NCBI GenBank assembly: GCA_963675745.2
Contig: CAXXWX010000003.1
Coordinates: 210,417 to 274,416, forward strand
DNA length: 64,000 nt
Origin: Phycisphaerae bacterium
GTDB taxonomy: Bacteria; Planctomycetota; Phycisphaerae; UBA1845; Fen-1342
Direction of reading: 5' to 3'
Both the position numbers and the translations under genes were made by a program. This document shows positions 18,988 to 28,630 of this stretch, one piece after another (the first letter of the stretch is position 1; each line of letters begins with the position of its first letter). Below the pieces are notes generated by a model. That model made no database searches, was not told the origin of the DNA, and was given only the letters and a program-made list of their open reading frames with translations.

Positions 18988-19035
18988 TGAAACAGTTGCA
19001 GGGTTTAGTGTACGATGTCGATCGCGGCAGGTCAA
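18988..19035 (-). promoter_or_regulatory. Sigma70-type promoter of LacI gene 2 with adjacent operator candidate
   Basis: Minus strand TTGACC (19035-19030), 17 nt, TACACT (19012-19007). TGAAACAGTTGCA at 18988-19000, with a weaker GGAAACAGTTC just downstream. Confidence 0.62.
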
Positions 19036-19246
19036 GTGTTTTTTCGCCCTTGACGCACAGGATGACGAACAACCGGTTTCGACCATAACCTCGTGTAGGA
19101 AAAAGAGATGTGTGAAAGCCCTGACGCCGTTGCCACGCGATCGGCACGCACACCCGCCTCGCAATCCCGGAGATAGCGCATCGGCCGAGCTGACCGCCAC
19201 CAAACGCATCGCGTCAGTGTCGCACCGCCGAGCTTTGACCGTGACG

Positions 19247-21655
19247 ATGGGAAGTGCTGCACTGCATCTGCTTACGCTCGGGCTGTTGGCTGCGACTGCG
19301 GGTGCGGCTGTGTCTCCGCCCGACGACCAGCGAGCGTTGTCGTTTGTGATGGACGGCGCGTGGCGTGGCGACGGCATCTGTTATGGCCCCCACCGCGATG
19401 GTCAGCGGCCCGGTGGCCCTGGACCGTCATCGGAACAGCTACGCGAAGACCTGCGCATCATGCGGCCGCATTGGCGTATCTTTCGGCTCTACGCCGTCGG
19501 CGATGAGACTGAGACAGTCCTGCGCACAATCCGCGACGAGCACCTCGGCATGAAGGTCTTGCTCGGCGCCTGGATCGATCCTGAACAGCCCGGCGACAGC
19601 GAACATCCCGATGCGCAAACGCAGGCCCGTAATCGCCGACAGCTCGAACTGGCCGGGCAGCTCGCAAACCGCTATCCCGAAGTCGTGCTCGGCATCAGCG
19701 TGGGGAATGAAACACAGGTCTCCTGGTCATCCCATCGTGTCCGCCCGGAAGTACTGGTCGCCTACGTTCGCCAAGTCCGGGCGACGACAAGCGTGCCGAT
19801 CACCGTCGCCGACGACTACACTTTCTGGCTCGAACCGCGGGCGGCGCAATTGGCACGCGAAGTCGACTTCATTCACGCGCACATTTACGCCATGTGGCGC
19901 GGCAAGACCCTGGACGAAGCGCTCCCGTTCACACAGATGCAGTACGCCGCCCTGACGACGCATTATCCCAAACACCCGATCATCATCGGTGAGCTCGGCT
20001 GGGCGACACAGATGCACAGCGCCGGCGACCAGGCCAAGTACATCAAAGGTCGCGCGGGCATGGCAGAGCAGACGGCGTTCTATGATGCGTTTCTGACTTG
20101 GGCGCGGCGTAAGCGCGTAGCGCACTTCTGGTTTGAGGCTTTTGACGAGAATTGGAAGGGTGGCCCGCACCCCAATGAGGTGGAGAAGCACTGGGGTGTG
20201 TTCAACTCGGACCGCTCACCCAAGGCCGCCATGCAGCCGATGGCCGTCTGGGCGCGCCGCGTGCGAGCGCTGGATTGGATCTGTTACTCCCCTACCAACG
20301 CCGACCCGGATGCGGGTCAAATGCCGACGATCGAGTCGATCCGCGCTGACCTCGCGGCGTTGCGGACCGCCGGATTCAGCGGCTTGATCACGTATGGCTC
20401 AGACGGGGTCCGCGGGCGCGACCTGCCCAAGCTGGCGGTGGATGCCGGCTTCAGTGGCCTGATCATGGGCGTGTGGGACCCGACAAGCGCCGAAGAGCTT
20501 GCCGCCGCCCGGAACGCGGCGCAGCTTGACGAGGTATACGGCTATTGCGTCGGAAACGAGGGGCTGCGCGGCCGGTACAAGATGGATGCGCTGCGCAACG
20601 CGATCGCCGAGCTGAAGCGCGCTACCGGCAAACCCGTTACCACAACGGAGGAAATCGACGACTACGCCGACCCCGCGTTGCGCGCGGTTGGTGACTGGGT
20701 GTTTCCCAACGCGCATCCGGTTTTCCACGGCCGTGTTGATCCCGATCGCGCGGCGGATTGGACGGTCGGCGCGTATGATGAACAGGTGCGCCTGTGCAAG
20801 AACTGGGTCTGGTTCAAGGAAGTGGGGTTGCCGACCGGCGGCGACGAGAACGGCATCCTGTCCCCCGCCGCGCAGGTCAAGTACTACACGGCTCTGGCCA
20901 AGACCCCGGTCATCTTCGCGTATTTCGAGGCGTTCGATCAGCCCTGGAAGGACTGGCGGCCATTTGAAACCCAGTGGGGGCTCTTTACCGCCGAGCGGGA
21001 GCCCAAGCTCCTGGCCAGGCAGTTGATCAAGTCAGGCTTTCCCGAGCGCGGCGTTCACGTGCAGTCCCGGTCGGCGGCGGCCACCGAAACCGACACGCCA
21101 CGCCGCGCGACCCCGTTCTGGGTCTATCGCGACGCGGAGTCTCCCGAGAACCACTTCGAGCCGAGCGGCCTCGACGGTGACACCGGCGACGTGATGATAG
21201 ATGCCCATGTCAGCGACCGGCCTCACTCCGGAACAACCTGTTTGAAGCTCGTCTATACGGCCAAGGGCACCGGGCCGCACAAGTGCGCGTACGACCCGCC
21301 CTGTCGGTGGGCGGGGATTCGCTGGCTACACCCGGCGAAGAACTGGGGCGACAAGGAAGAGCACGCCGGCGCCGGATTCGATCTGCGCGGTTATCATCGA
21401 CTGACATTCTGGGCCCGCGCCGACAAGCCGACACGGGCACAATTCATGGTCGGTGGTCTCGATACGCCATACGGCGACTCGCTCGCATACCCGCACGCCC
21501 TGGTTGCCGAGCTCGAAACAACGTGGCGTCAGTTTGAAATCGACTTGAAAGCCGGCGATCTAAGCCACATTATCGCCGGCTTCGGATGGAGCACGAATTG
21601 GGATTTGAACCCCGACGGTTGCTGCATTTACCTGGATGACATCCGCTTTGAGTAA
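19247..21655 (+). CDS. Secreted tandem GH17-GH17 beta-1,3-glucanase/transglycosylase with C-terminal CBM11-like domain
   Basis: Domain 1: GICYGP, VGNE, IGELGW, FWFEAFDENWK, EKHWG. Domain 2: WICYSP, VGNE, FKEVGLP, YFEAFDQPWK, ETQWG. C-terminal WAGI.W...FDL.GY.RLTFWAR...IYLDDIRFE. Start may be 19112 or 19247. Confidence 0.85.
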   Translation: MGSAALHLLTLGLLAATAGAAVSPPDDQRALSFVMDGAWRGDGICYGPHRDGQRPGGPGPSSEQLREDLRIMRPHWRIFRLYAVGDETETVLRTIRDEHLGMKVLLGAWIDPEQPGDSEHPDAQTQARNRRQLELAGQLANRYPEVVLGISVGNETQVSWSSHRVRPEVLVAYVRQVRATTSVPITVADDYTFWLEPRAAQLAREVDFIHAHIYAMWRGKTLDEALPFTQMQYAALTTHYPKHPIIIGELGWATQMHSAGDQAKYIKGRAGMAEQTAFYDAFLTWARRKRVAHFWFEAFDENWKGGPHPNEVEKHWGVFNSDRSPKAAMQPMAVWARRVRALDWICYSPTNADPDAGQMPTIESIRADLAALRTAGFSGLITYGSDGVRGRDLPKLAVDAGFSGLIMGVWDPTSAEELAAARNAAQLDEVYGYCVGNEGLRGRYKMDALRNAIAELKRATGKPVTTTEEIDDYADPALRAVGDWVFPNAHPVFHGRVDPDRAADWTVGAYDEQVRLCKNWVWFKEVGLPTGGDENGILSPAAQVKYYTALAKTPVIFAYFEAFDQPWKDWRPFETQWGLFTAEREPKLLARQLIKSGFPERGVHVQSRSAAATETDTPRRATPFWVYRDAESPENHFEPSGLDGDTGDVMIDAHVSDRPHSGTTCLKLVYTAKGTGPHKCAYDPPCRWAGIRWLHPAKNWGDKEEHAGAGFDLRGYHRLTFWARADKPTRAQFMVGGLDTPYGDSLAYPHALVAELETTWRQFEIDLKAGDLSHIIAGFGWSTNWDLNPDGCCIYLDDIRFE

Positions 21656-21661
21656 GCTCTG

Positions 21662-23146
21662 ATGCGGCAGTTCAAGAAAGCCCTGCAAACCGCCATCGGC
21701 AGCGCCATGTTGCTGGCCGCATTGGGGCTCGTCGCATTCGGGCCGCGCTCGACGCGCCCCGACGCCGGCGGCCGTACGGTCGTCCGCTACTGGGAGAAGT
21801 GGACCGACTTTGAAGGCGAGGCGATGCGCCGGCTGGTCGGCGTATTTAATGATACGGTCGGGCGCGAGCGCGGCATCTTCGTTGACTACCAGACCACGAC
21901 GCAGATTGATTTGAAAGCGCTGGTTGCCGTATCCGGCGGTGATCCGCCTGACCTGGTGGGTCTCTGGCAACACAACGTCACCAGCTTTGCGTCCAGAGGC
22001 GGGTTGCTGGCACTCGACGAGCGCGCCGCCGCCGCGGGCATCACGGCGGACATGCTCATCCCGATCTACTTCGAGCCCTGCCACTATCACGGCCGCTTGT
22101 ACGGCCTGCCGCTCACGCCGTGGTCGATCGCCCTTTACTACAACAAAGACCTCTTCGCCGAATTCGGCGAGCAGTTGCGTGCCGCCGGCTATGACCCCAA
22201 TCGCCCGCCGCGTACGCTGGATGAGCTCGCCGGCTATTCGCGCGTGATCCACCGCCGCGACAAAAACGGCGACATCACGCTGATGGGTTATCTGCCCGGC
22301 GCCCCGGCCCCATCCATCGCCTGGTACTGCCACACCTGGCCGATCTGGTTCGGCGGGTCGTTCTATGACGCCGATGCGCAGACAGTGCCGGTCGCAAGCG
22401 ATATCTCCATCCGCGCGCACGAGTGGGTACGTGATTTCGAGCAGCAGTTTGGTGTGGCCGACGTACAGAAATTCGAATCGGGCCTCTCGAACTTCAATTC
22501 GCCGGACAATCCGTTCATGAGCGGGCGGCTGGCAATGATGCGCCAAGGACCGTGGTTTGCGAACATGATCCGCCAGTATGCACCCAATCTGAACTGGGCG
22601 GCGGCGCCGTTCCCCACGCACGACGGGAGCGAGATCAGCTTCTGTGGCCAGGACGTGCTCGTCATCCCCGATGGGGCACACCACCCCGACGAGGCCTGGG
22701 CGTTCATCGAATGGCTGTTGACCGGCCCGCCCGTCAACGTCCCATCGGGCCAGGCCACGCCACAGCGGGGCTACGAGTATTACGAGGCAAGAACGCCCGA
22801 CGGCATCGAGCGCCGCCCGATGCCGCCGCTGCGGCCGATCGAGTGGATTTGCTGGATTCACTACAAAAACAGCCCCCTGGTGAACCCGTCGCCCGAGTTC
22901 ATCGAGACACACCCCAGTCCGGCGCTGGCGATCCACGAGCGCTTGGCGCGCCTGCCCGGTGCGCAAACCGAGCCGGGGCTACCCAACTGGATACAGCTCA
23001 GTTCGGAGCTGATCCAGACGTACGCCGACATCTGGGCAACCGGAGCGCCGGTGCGGCCGCGGCTGGAAAGCTGTCAGCAACGCATTGACACCCTCATCGA
23101 GCTCGCCCGCCGACAACAGGCGCGCCTCGGGGAGCAATACCCATGA
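21662..23146 (+). CDS. Carbohydrate ABC transporter substrate-binding protein
   Basis: N-terminal TM anchor; YWEKWTDFEG; GGDPPD; LYGLP..LYYNKDLF; PPRTLDEL; FMSGRLAM..QGPW. Confidence 0.88.
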   Translation: MRQFKKALQTAIGSAMLLAALGLVAFGPRSTRPDAGGRTVVRYWEKWTDFEGEAMRRLVGVFNDTVGRERGIFVDYQTTTQIDLKALVAVSGGDPPDLVGLWQHNVTSFASRGGLLALDERAAAAGITADMLIPIYFEPCHYHGRLYGLPLTPWSIALYYNKDLFAEFGEQLRAAGYDPNRPPRTLDELAGYSRVIHRRDKNGDITLMGYLPGAPAPSIAWYCHTWPIWFGGSFYDADAQTVPVASDISIRAHEWVRDFEQQFGVADVQKFESGLSNFNSPDNPFMSGRLAMMRQGPWFANMIRQYAPNLNWAAAPFPTHDGSEISFCGQDVLVIPDGAHHPDEAWAFIEWLLTGPPVNVPSGQATPQRGYEYYEARTPDGIERRPMPPLRPIEWICWIHYKNSPLVNPSPEFIETHPSPALAIHERLARLPGAQTEPGLPNWIQLSSELIQTYADIWATGAPVRPRLESCQQRIDTLIELARRQQARLGEQYP

Positions 23147-24072
23147 GTGATCCGCGCGGTGCCACTGCAACCAATCGGCGTGACACGCTCACGGGTGTGC
23201 TGTGGATCAGCCCCTGGATCATCGGCTTCTCGGTCTTCATTCTGCTGCCCGTGATCATGTCGGCGTATCTGAGCTTCTGCACGTTTGACGGCGTACGCCG
23301 GCCGATCTTCACCGGTCTCGAAAACCTCTCCACGCTGATCGCTGATCCGCGCTTCTGGAAAGTCCTGAAGAACACGGCGATTTACGCCGCCGTCTCCCTG
23401 CCGGTCGGAACGGTGCTGGCGATCACCATCGCCATTCTGCTCAACCAGCGCGTCCCGGGCCGCGCCCTGTGGCGCGCGATGATCTTTGTGCCGACGCTCG
23501 TCCCACTGGTGGCCTCCGCCATGATCTGGATGTGGATGTTCAATGCCAGCCACGGCCTGATCAACGCCCTGTTTCGCCTGCTCAACTATCTACCGTTTGT
23601 CTCCGGCGTCGATGGACCAAGCTGGTTGACCAGCCAGTACTGGACGATGCCGTCGATGATCCTGCTGAGCTTCTGGGCGATCGGCCATCCGGTGGTGATC
23701 TACCTGGCCGGTTTGCAGGACGTTCCGCGGAGTCTCTATGAAGCGGCTCACGTGGACGGTGCAGGCCCGGGTCAACGTCTCTGGCACGTCACCCTGCCGA
23801 TGATCTCGCCGACCATCTTTTTCAACGTGGTGATGGGCATCATCTATGTCTGGCAGGTGTTCGCCATACCACAGATCATGCTCGAAGGTGGCGGTCCCGG
23901 CCGGAATGCTTATTTCTACACCATGTACCTCTATGACGTGGCGTTTCGCGATTTGCGTTTTGGTTACGCCTGCCTGCTGAGTTGGGTGCAACTGCTGATC
24001 ATCCTGGGCCTCACGGCGCTGGCGTTTCGGCTCAGCAAGAACCTGGTTCACTATCGGGGGGCAGCGCGATGA
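23143..24072 (+). CDS. Carbohydrate ABC transporter permease (MalF/UgpA-like)
   Basis: Multiple TM helices; EAA motif IYLAGLQDVPRSLYEAAHVDGAG; ATGA overlap with the upstream gene. Confidence 0.93.
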   Translation: MSDPRGATATNRRDTLTGVLWISPWIIGFSVFILLPVIMSAYLSFCTFDGVRRPIFTGLENLSTLIADPRFWKVLKNTAIYAAVSLPVGTVLAITIAILLNQRVPGRALWRAMIFVPTLVPLVASAMIWMWMFNASHGLINALFRLLNYLPFVSGVDGPSWLTSQYWTMPSMILLSFWAIGHPVVIYLAGLQDVPRSLYEAAHVDGAGPGQRLWHVTLPMISPTIFFNVVMGIIYVWQVFAIPQIMLEGGGPGRNAYFYTMYLYDVAFRDLRFGYACLLSWVQLLIILGLTALAFRLSKNLVHYRGAAR

Positions 24073-24977
24073 CGGCCGCAACAATCAAGCACATCGTCGC
24101 CACGGGTCTCGTTGCGATCGTTGCCGTGGCGTTCGTCACTCCGTTGGTGTGGATGATCGCCACCAGTCTCAAGCCACAAGAGGAGATCAGCACGGCGGGG
24201 CTCTCGCTGTTGCCCGACGAGCCGTCCAAGCTGCCACGCTACGCATACGAGAACTATTATGCCGGCCGCCCCAAAGCCATCGACAAGGACGGTGTCGAGC
24301 GCGTCGGTTACGAGGGCGTGCTCACCAGTGAAAACGTCCACTTCCTGCTGTACGCCCGCAACACGTTGATCGTCGCGCTGCTCAGCGTCGGCGGCATGGT
24401 GCTTTCGAGCGCCATCTGTGCCTACGGGTTCGCGAAAGTTCAGTGGCGCGGCCGAAACGTCGCCTTCGCGATCATGCTCGCGACGATGATGATCCCGTTC
24501 CCGGCGGTCATGATCCCCACGTACTTCATCTTCAAGAGCCTGGGGCTGATTGGCACGCTCGCGCCGCTGTGGCTGCCCGCGTGCTTCGGCGGCGCGTTCA
24601 ATGTGTTCCTGTTGCGCCAGTTCTTCATGCAGATCCCCAACGAGCTGTCCGAAGCCGCCCGCCTTGACGGGCTGGGACACTGGGGCATTTTCTGGCGCAT
24701 CGTCATCCCGCTCTCACGTCCGGCCCTGGCGGTTGTGGCACTGTTCCACTCGATATACGTCTGGAACGACTTCATCGGTCCGCTGATCTACCTCAACCAT
24801 CAGGACCTGTTTACACTGGCACTGGGCTTGCAGTTCTACGAGTCCCAACATGGCGGCACACCGTGGAATCTGCTCATGGCCGCCTGCACCCTCGTCACCG
24901 CCCCACTGCTGATGCTGTTTGTCATGACTCAGCGGACGTTCATCGAGGGTATCGCCACCACGGGCACGAAGGAGTGA
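24069..24977 (+). CDS. Carbohydrate ABC transporter permease (MalG/UgpE-like)
   Basis: FLLRQFFMQIPNELSEAARLDG; WNDF; ATGA overlap at 24069-24072. Confidence 0.93.
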   Translation: MTAATIKHIVATGLVAIVAVAFVTPLVWMIATSLKPQEEISTAGLSLLPDEPSKLPRYAYENYYAGRPKAIDKDGVERVGYEGVLTSENVHFLLYARNTLIVALLSVGGMVLSSAICAYGFAKVQWRGRNVAFAIMLATMMIPFPAVMIPTYFIFKSLGLIGTLAPLWLPACFGGAFNVFLLRQFFMQIPNELSEAARLDGLGHWGIFWRIVIPLSRPALAVVALFHSIYVWNDFIGPLIYLNHQDLFTLALGLQFYESQHGGTPWNLLMAACTLVTAPLLMLFVMTQRTFIEGIATTGTKE

Positions 24978-25103
24978 CTCGGCCCGGAATTGAGCCGCGC
25001 CGAGCACTGCCCGGCGCGACCACGACGCAGCTACAATGATGAAAGGGATTATTTGGTGTCCACAACTTTCGACTTGATACAACGCGCGAGCGGCGATCTG
25101 AGC

Positions 25104-28100
25104 ATGCCCGATTATCAACTCGAGCAGGACGGCAGCTACCGCATCAACCAGTATGACTCAGCCGCGGCGTTTTGCAGCTTCTTGCCCGGGATTGGTGGGC
25201 CGGCCGGCGTCCCCCTGTGGTGCATGTACGTCAACCGCGCCCAGGCGATTGTGTCTTTCGGCGTACACAACAAGGACAACGCCATCTGCGAGTACCTGCC
25301 GGCAACCTGGGCCTATCAGCTTGTCGGCATTCAGGGCTTTCGCACCTTCTGCAAGATTGACGGCAACTACTATGAGCCATTCCGCGCGCCGGCCGATGGA
25401 CGATCGGGCGCAGCGCGCGCGATGCACATTGAGCCCGATCATCTGACGCTGCGCGAAACAGCCGCACCGCACGGCCTGTCGTTCACCGTGCGCTACTTCG
25501 CCCCCGTGAACCAGCCATTGGGCACGCTTTGTCGACGATTGACCATCACGAACACCGGCGACGAAGCCAAATCGGTGGAGGCGCTCGATGGCCTGCCGCT
25601 GATCTTGCCGGCGGGATTCACCGACCATGGCATCAAGACGATGCGGCACATCCACGAGGCATATGCCGCCGTGCGACTCACTTGCGGTCACGTCCCGTTC
25701 TTCGCCTCGAAGGTCCACGCCCACGATGAAGCCGAGGTGACCGAGGTGCGGCACGGCAACTTCTACGCCGCGTGGACTGTCCGCGATGGCGGCCTGGTAC
25801 CGGTTGAGCCGTACGTCGACCCGCACGTGATCTTCGGCGGTGGGCATGACCTGATCTCACCACGGCGTTTCATTGCCGAGGATGCACTGTCGCGCGAGCA
25901 GCAGATCTGGGAGAACCGACTTCCGTGTGCCCTGGCGCCGATAAGCGCCACACTTGAACCCGGCGCCTCGATCGAGCTGGTTGCCCTGGTCGGCACCGCC
26001 CCCAGCGAGAAGCGCCTGGAGGCTTTCCTCCCACGCTATCAGCGGATCGAAGACTTGGACGCCGCGCGAGAAGAGAGCCGGCGACTGTTTGAGAGCCTTG
26101 TCACTCCCGCATTCACGGTCTCGCGGTATCCGACGTTCGATGCCTATGCGCGGCAGAATTACCTCGACAATGTACTGCGCGGCGGGCGCCCCGAGATGCT
26201 GCCGTCGCGCTCCGGGCCGACGCCGCTGTATCTCTATGCCCGGCGGCACGGTGACCTCGAGCGTGATTACAACTACTTCGTGCTCCCGCCGACGCCCCTC
26301 TCGAGCGGCGCCGGAAACTATCGCGATGTCTGCCAGAATCGACGTAGCGACGTCTGGTTCTATCCGGACCCCGACGCCACCTGCATTCGCATGTTCGTCG
26401 AATTGCTCCAGCCTGATGGCTATAACCCGCTGTCGGTCGAAGGCTATCGCTGGCGCCTCGGGCGCGACGTCGATCCGCTGCGGCACTGCCCGGCGACCGA
26501 CACCGCCGCGCGCGACGCATTCCGCACGCTGCTCGACGACACGTTTGTGCCCGGCGAACTGCTTCATTGGGCGCAGCGTTACGCAGTGCCGCTCGACCAG
26601 CCGCGGGCCTGGCTCGAACGCGTGCTCGGCGACTGCGAGCGCAGCCTGGTGGCCAACGGTCACGCCGGCGGCTACTGGATCGACCATTGGACATACATCA
26701 TCGACCTGCTCGAAGCCTTTGCGGCCGTATATCCCGACCGGGTCGAACAAATGCTCACGGGCGCGGCGGACGTTGGCTGGTTCGACGAGGGCGCGAGCGT
26801 GGCATCCCGGCACGAGAAGTACGTTCGCCGGGGTGATCAGCCGCTTCAGCTCAATGCCGTTCAAACCGGCCGCCAGGCCACCGCTGCGTTGCCGCCCACG
26901 ACAATCCTCGGCAAGCTCTGCGCGCTGGTCGCGATCAAGGCTATCAGCTTTGACTACGCCGGTCGCGGCATCGAGATGGAAGCCGGTCGCCCCGGATGGA
27001 ACGACTCGCTGAACGGCCTGCCAGGCCTGTTCGGGTCCTCCACTTGTGAGGCCGCCGAACTGACACGCCTCGCGGCCTGGCTGCGGGCGGCGCTGCCGAG
27101 CGCGCCGAATACGGAGTTACCGGTCGAAATCGCCGACCTGATCGTCGACGTTGTGGCAGACCTCAAGGCGCCAACCTATGACTGGGATCGGGCCGCGGGA
27201 TTGCGCGAGCGATGTCGCGCGCGGCTGTACGGGGCCGGCGGCGGCGAGACGCGCGTGGTCAGCGGCACGCTGCTCACCGATTTACTGGCCGGCGCTGAAA
27301 GCCGCGGACGCCGGGCGACCAAGAACTCGATCGATAGCGCGCGGGGGCTGATCCACACCTACTATGTCGGCAATCCGCAAAGCCACCCCGACGAGACCAT
27401 CGGCGGATTCGCGTCCGAGCCGTTGCCGCTCTATCTCGAGGGGCAGGTGCATTGGCTGCGCATCCAGCGCAGCGCGGACGACGCGCGCGCGATCTACCAG
27501 GCCGTCCGCAACAGCCCGCTCTTTGACCAGGCCCTGCGGATGTACAAGCTCAATGAGTGTCTCGATGGCCAACCTCCCGAGATCGGCCGGGCACGGACGT
27601 TTACGCGCGGCTGGTTCGAGAATGAGTCAATCTGGCTGCACATGAGCTATAAGTTCCTGCTCGAGTTGCTGCGAGCCGGCCTGCACGCTGAGTTCTTTGA
27701 AGACATCCGCACGATGTTCGTACCATTCATGAACCCGGAGACGTATGGGCGCAGCACGCTCGAGAACTCGTCGTTCATCGGCTCGTCGGCGAATCCCGAC
27801 CCCCACACGCACGGGCGCGGCTTCATCGCCAGACTCAGCGGTTCGACCGCCGAGTTCATTCACATGTGGTTGCTAATGACAGTCGGCCAGCGGCCCTTCC
27901 ACATTGAAAACGACACGCTCCACTTTCAGCTCGAGCCCGTTCTTCCTGGCGAGTGGTTCACCACGCAACCAGAGACGATTTCGTGGCAGGGTGAGAAGGT
28001 GGAAATCCCAGTAAACGCCTTCGCCTGCGCCCTGCTCGGAAACACGTTGCTCGTCTACCACAACCCCACCCGGGCAAACACCTTCGGCCCCAACGCCGTG

Positions 28101-28223
28101 CGGCCGGTGGATTACGTGCTCGACGGCTGTTCCTGCGAGCGACAAGCCGCGGGTCTGGCGGGCGAGCTTGCCGAACGCGTTCGCGCCCGGGCATTCACGC
28201 GCATCGACGTACACCTGGCCTGA
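25104..28223 (+). CDS. Cytoplasmic beta-1,3-glucan phosphorylase (GH161-like)
   Basis: FCSFLPGIGG..GVPLW.MYVNR.Q..SFG; GFRTF; RRHGDLERDYNYF; GNYRDVCQNRR; MEAGRPGWNDSLNGLPG; GWFENESIWLHMSYK; GRGFIARLSGSTAEF. No signal peptide. Confidence 0.8.
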   Translation: MPDYQLEQDGSYRINQYDSAAAFCSFLPGIGGPAGVPLWCMYVNRAQAIVSFGVHNKDNAICEYLPATWAYQLVGIQGFRTFCKIDGNYYEPFRAPADGRSGAARAMHIEPDHLTLRETAAPHGLSFTVRYFAPVNQPLGTLCRRLTITNTGDEAKSVEALDGLPLILPAGFTDHGIKTMRHIHEAYAAVRLTCGHVPFFASKVHAHDEAEVTEVRHGNFYAAWTVRDGGLVPVEPYVDPHVIFGGGHDLISPRRFIAEDALSREQQIWENRLPCALAPISATLEPGASIELVALVGTAPSEKRLEAFLPRYQRIEDLDAAREESRRLFESLVTPAFTVSRYPTFDAYARQNYLDNVLRGGRPEMLPSRSGPTPLYLYARRHGDLERDYNYFVLPPTPLSSGAGNYRDVCQNRRSDVWFYPDPDATCIRMFVELLQPDGYNPLSVEGYRWRLGRDVDPLRHCPATDTAARDAFRTLLDDTFVPGELLHWAQRYAVPLDQPRAWLERVLGDCERSLVANGHAGGYWIDHWTYIIDLLEAFAAVYPDRVEQMLTGAADVGWFDEGASVASRHEKYVRRGDQPLQLNAVQTGRQATAALPPTTILGKLCALVAIKAISFDYAGRGIEMEAGRPGWNDSLNGLPGLFGSSTCEAAELTRLAAWLRAALPSAPNTELPVEIADLIVDVVADLKAPTYDWDRAAGLRERCRARLYGAGGGETRVVSGTLLTDLLAGAESRGRRATKNSIDSARGLIHTYYVGNPQSHPDETIGGFASEPLPLYLEGQVHWLRIQRSADDARAIYQAVRNSPLFDQALRMYKLNECLDGQPPEIGRARTFTRGWFENESIWLHMSYKFLLELLRAGLHAEFFEDIRTMFVPFMNPETYGRSTLENSSFIGSSANPDPHTHGRGFIARLSGSTAEFIHMWLLMTVGQRPFHIENDTLHFQLEPVLPGEWFTTQPETISWQGEKVEIPVNAFACALLGNTLLVYHNPTRANTFGPNAVRPVDYVLDGCSCERQAAGLAGELAERVRARAFTRIDVHLA

Positions 28224-28524
28224 ACGACCGCCGACCAGGAAGATTGCCCGCCCAAGCCGGAGTGACCAACGTTGCGCCACGCCGATAGTATCCGGCGCGG
28301 CGCGCGTGGAAAACGCGCTTCTCGCCTTGATTCTCACCAAAACCGCGACCTAGCATTGGTGGAGCTATCACGAGATTACTTCCCTCCGAAGGGTTGTCGG
28401 CCGCACTTGCGGCTGGCAACCCTTCATTATGGGGCTTCATGTACGCGGGCGATCACTACACCCGTTGCGCGCAGGCCGAGGAATCAGAGCGCATCAACTC
28501 TGCAGCGTGTGACTAGCCACGCCC

Positions 28525-28559
28525 CTCAACACTGAAGCCCGAAAACTGAACTCTGAACT
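28525..28559 (+). repeat. Degenerate 7-bp tandem repeat (CTGAACW-like, 5 units)
   Basis: CTCAACA CTGAAGC CCGAAAA CTGAACT CTGAACT. Confidence 0.5.
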
Positions 28560-28630
28560 CTTCACGTGCGGCACAACCCAGCCAAAGCGGTACAATTCGA
28601 GTAGAGGGCGTTTCCGTGAGGGATGCCAAA

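Noticed and set aside
18374..19246. N-terminal ~290 aa of the 1093-aa ORF, and the 71-aa N-terminal extension of the 425-aa LacI ORF
   Set aside because: The first is antisense to LacI gene 2 and both run over the promoter/operator region. True starts are better placed at ~19247 (+) and 18940 (-).
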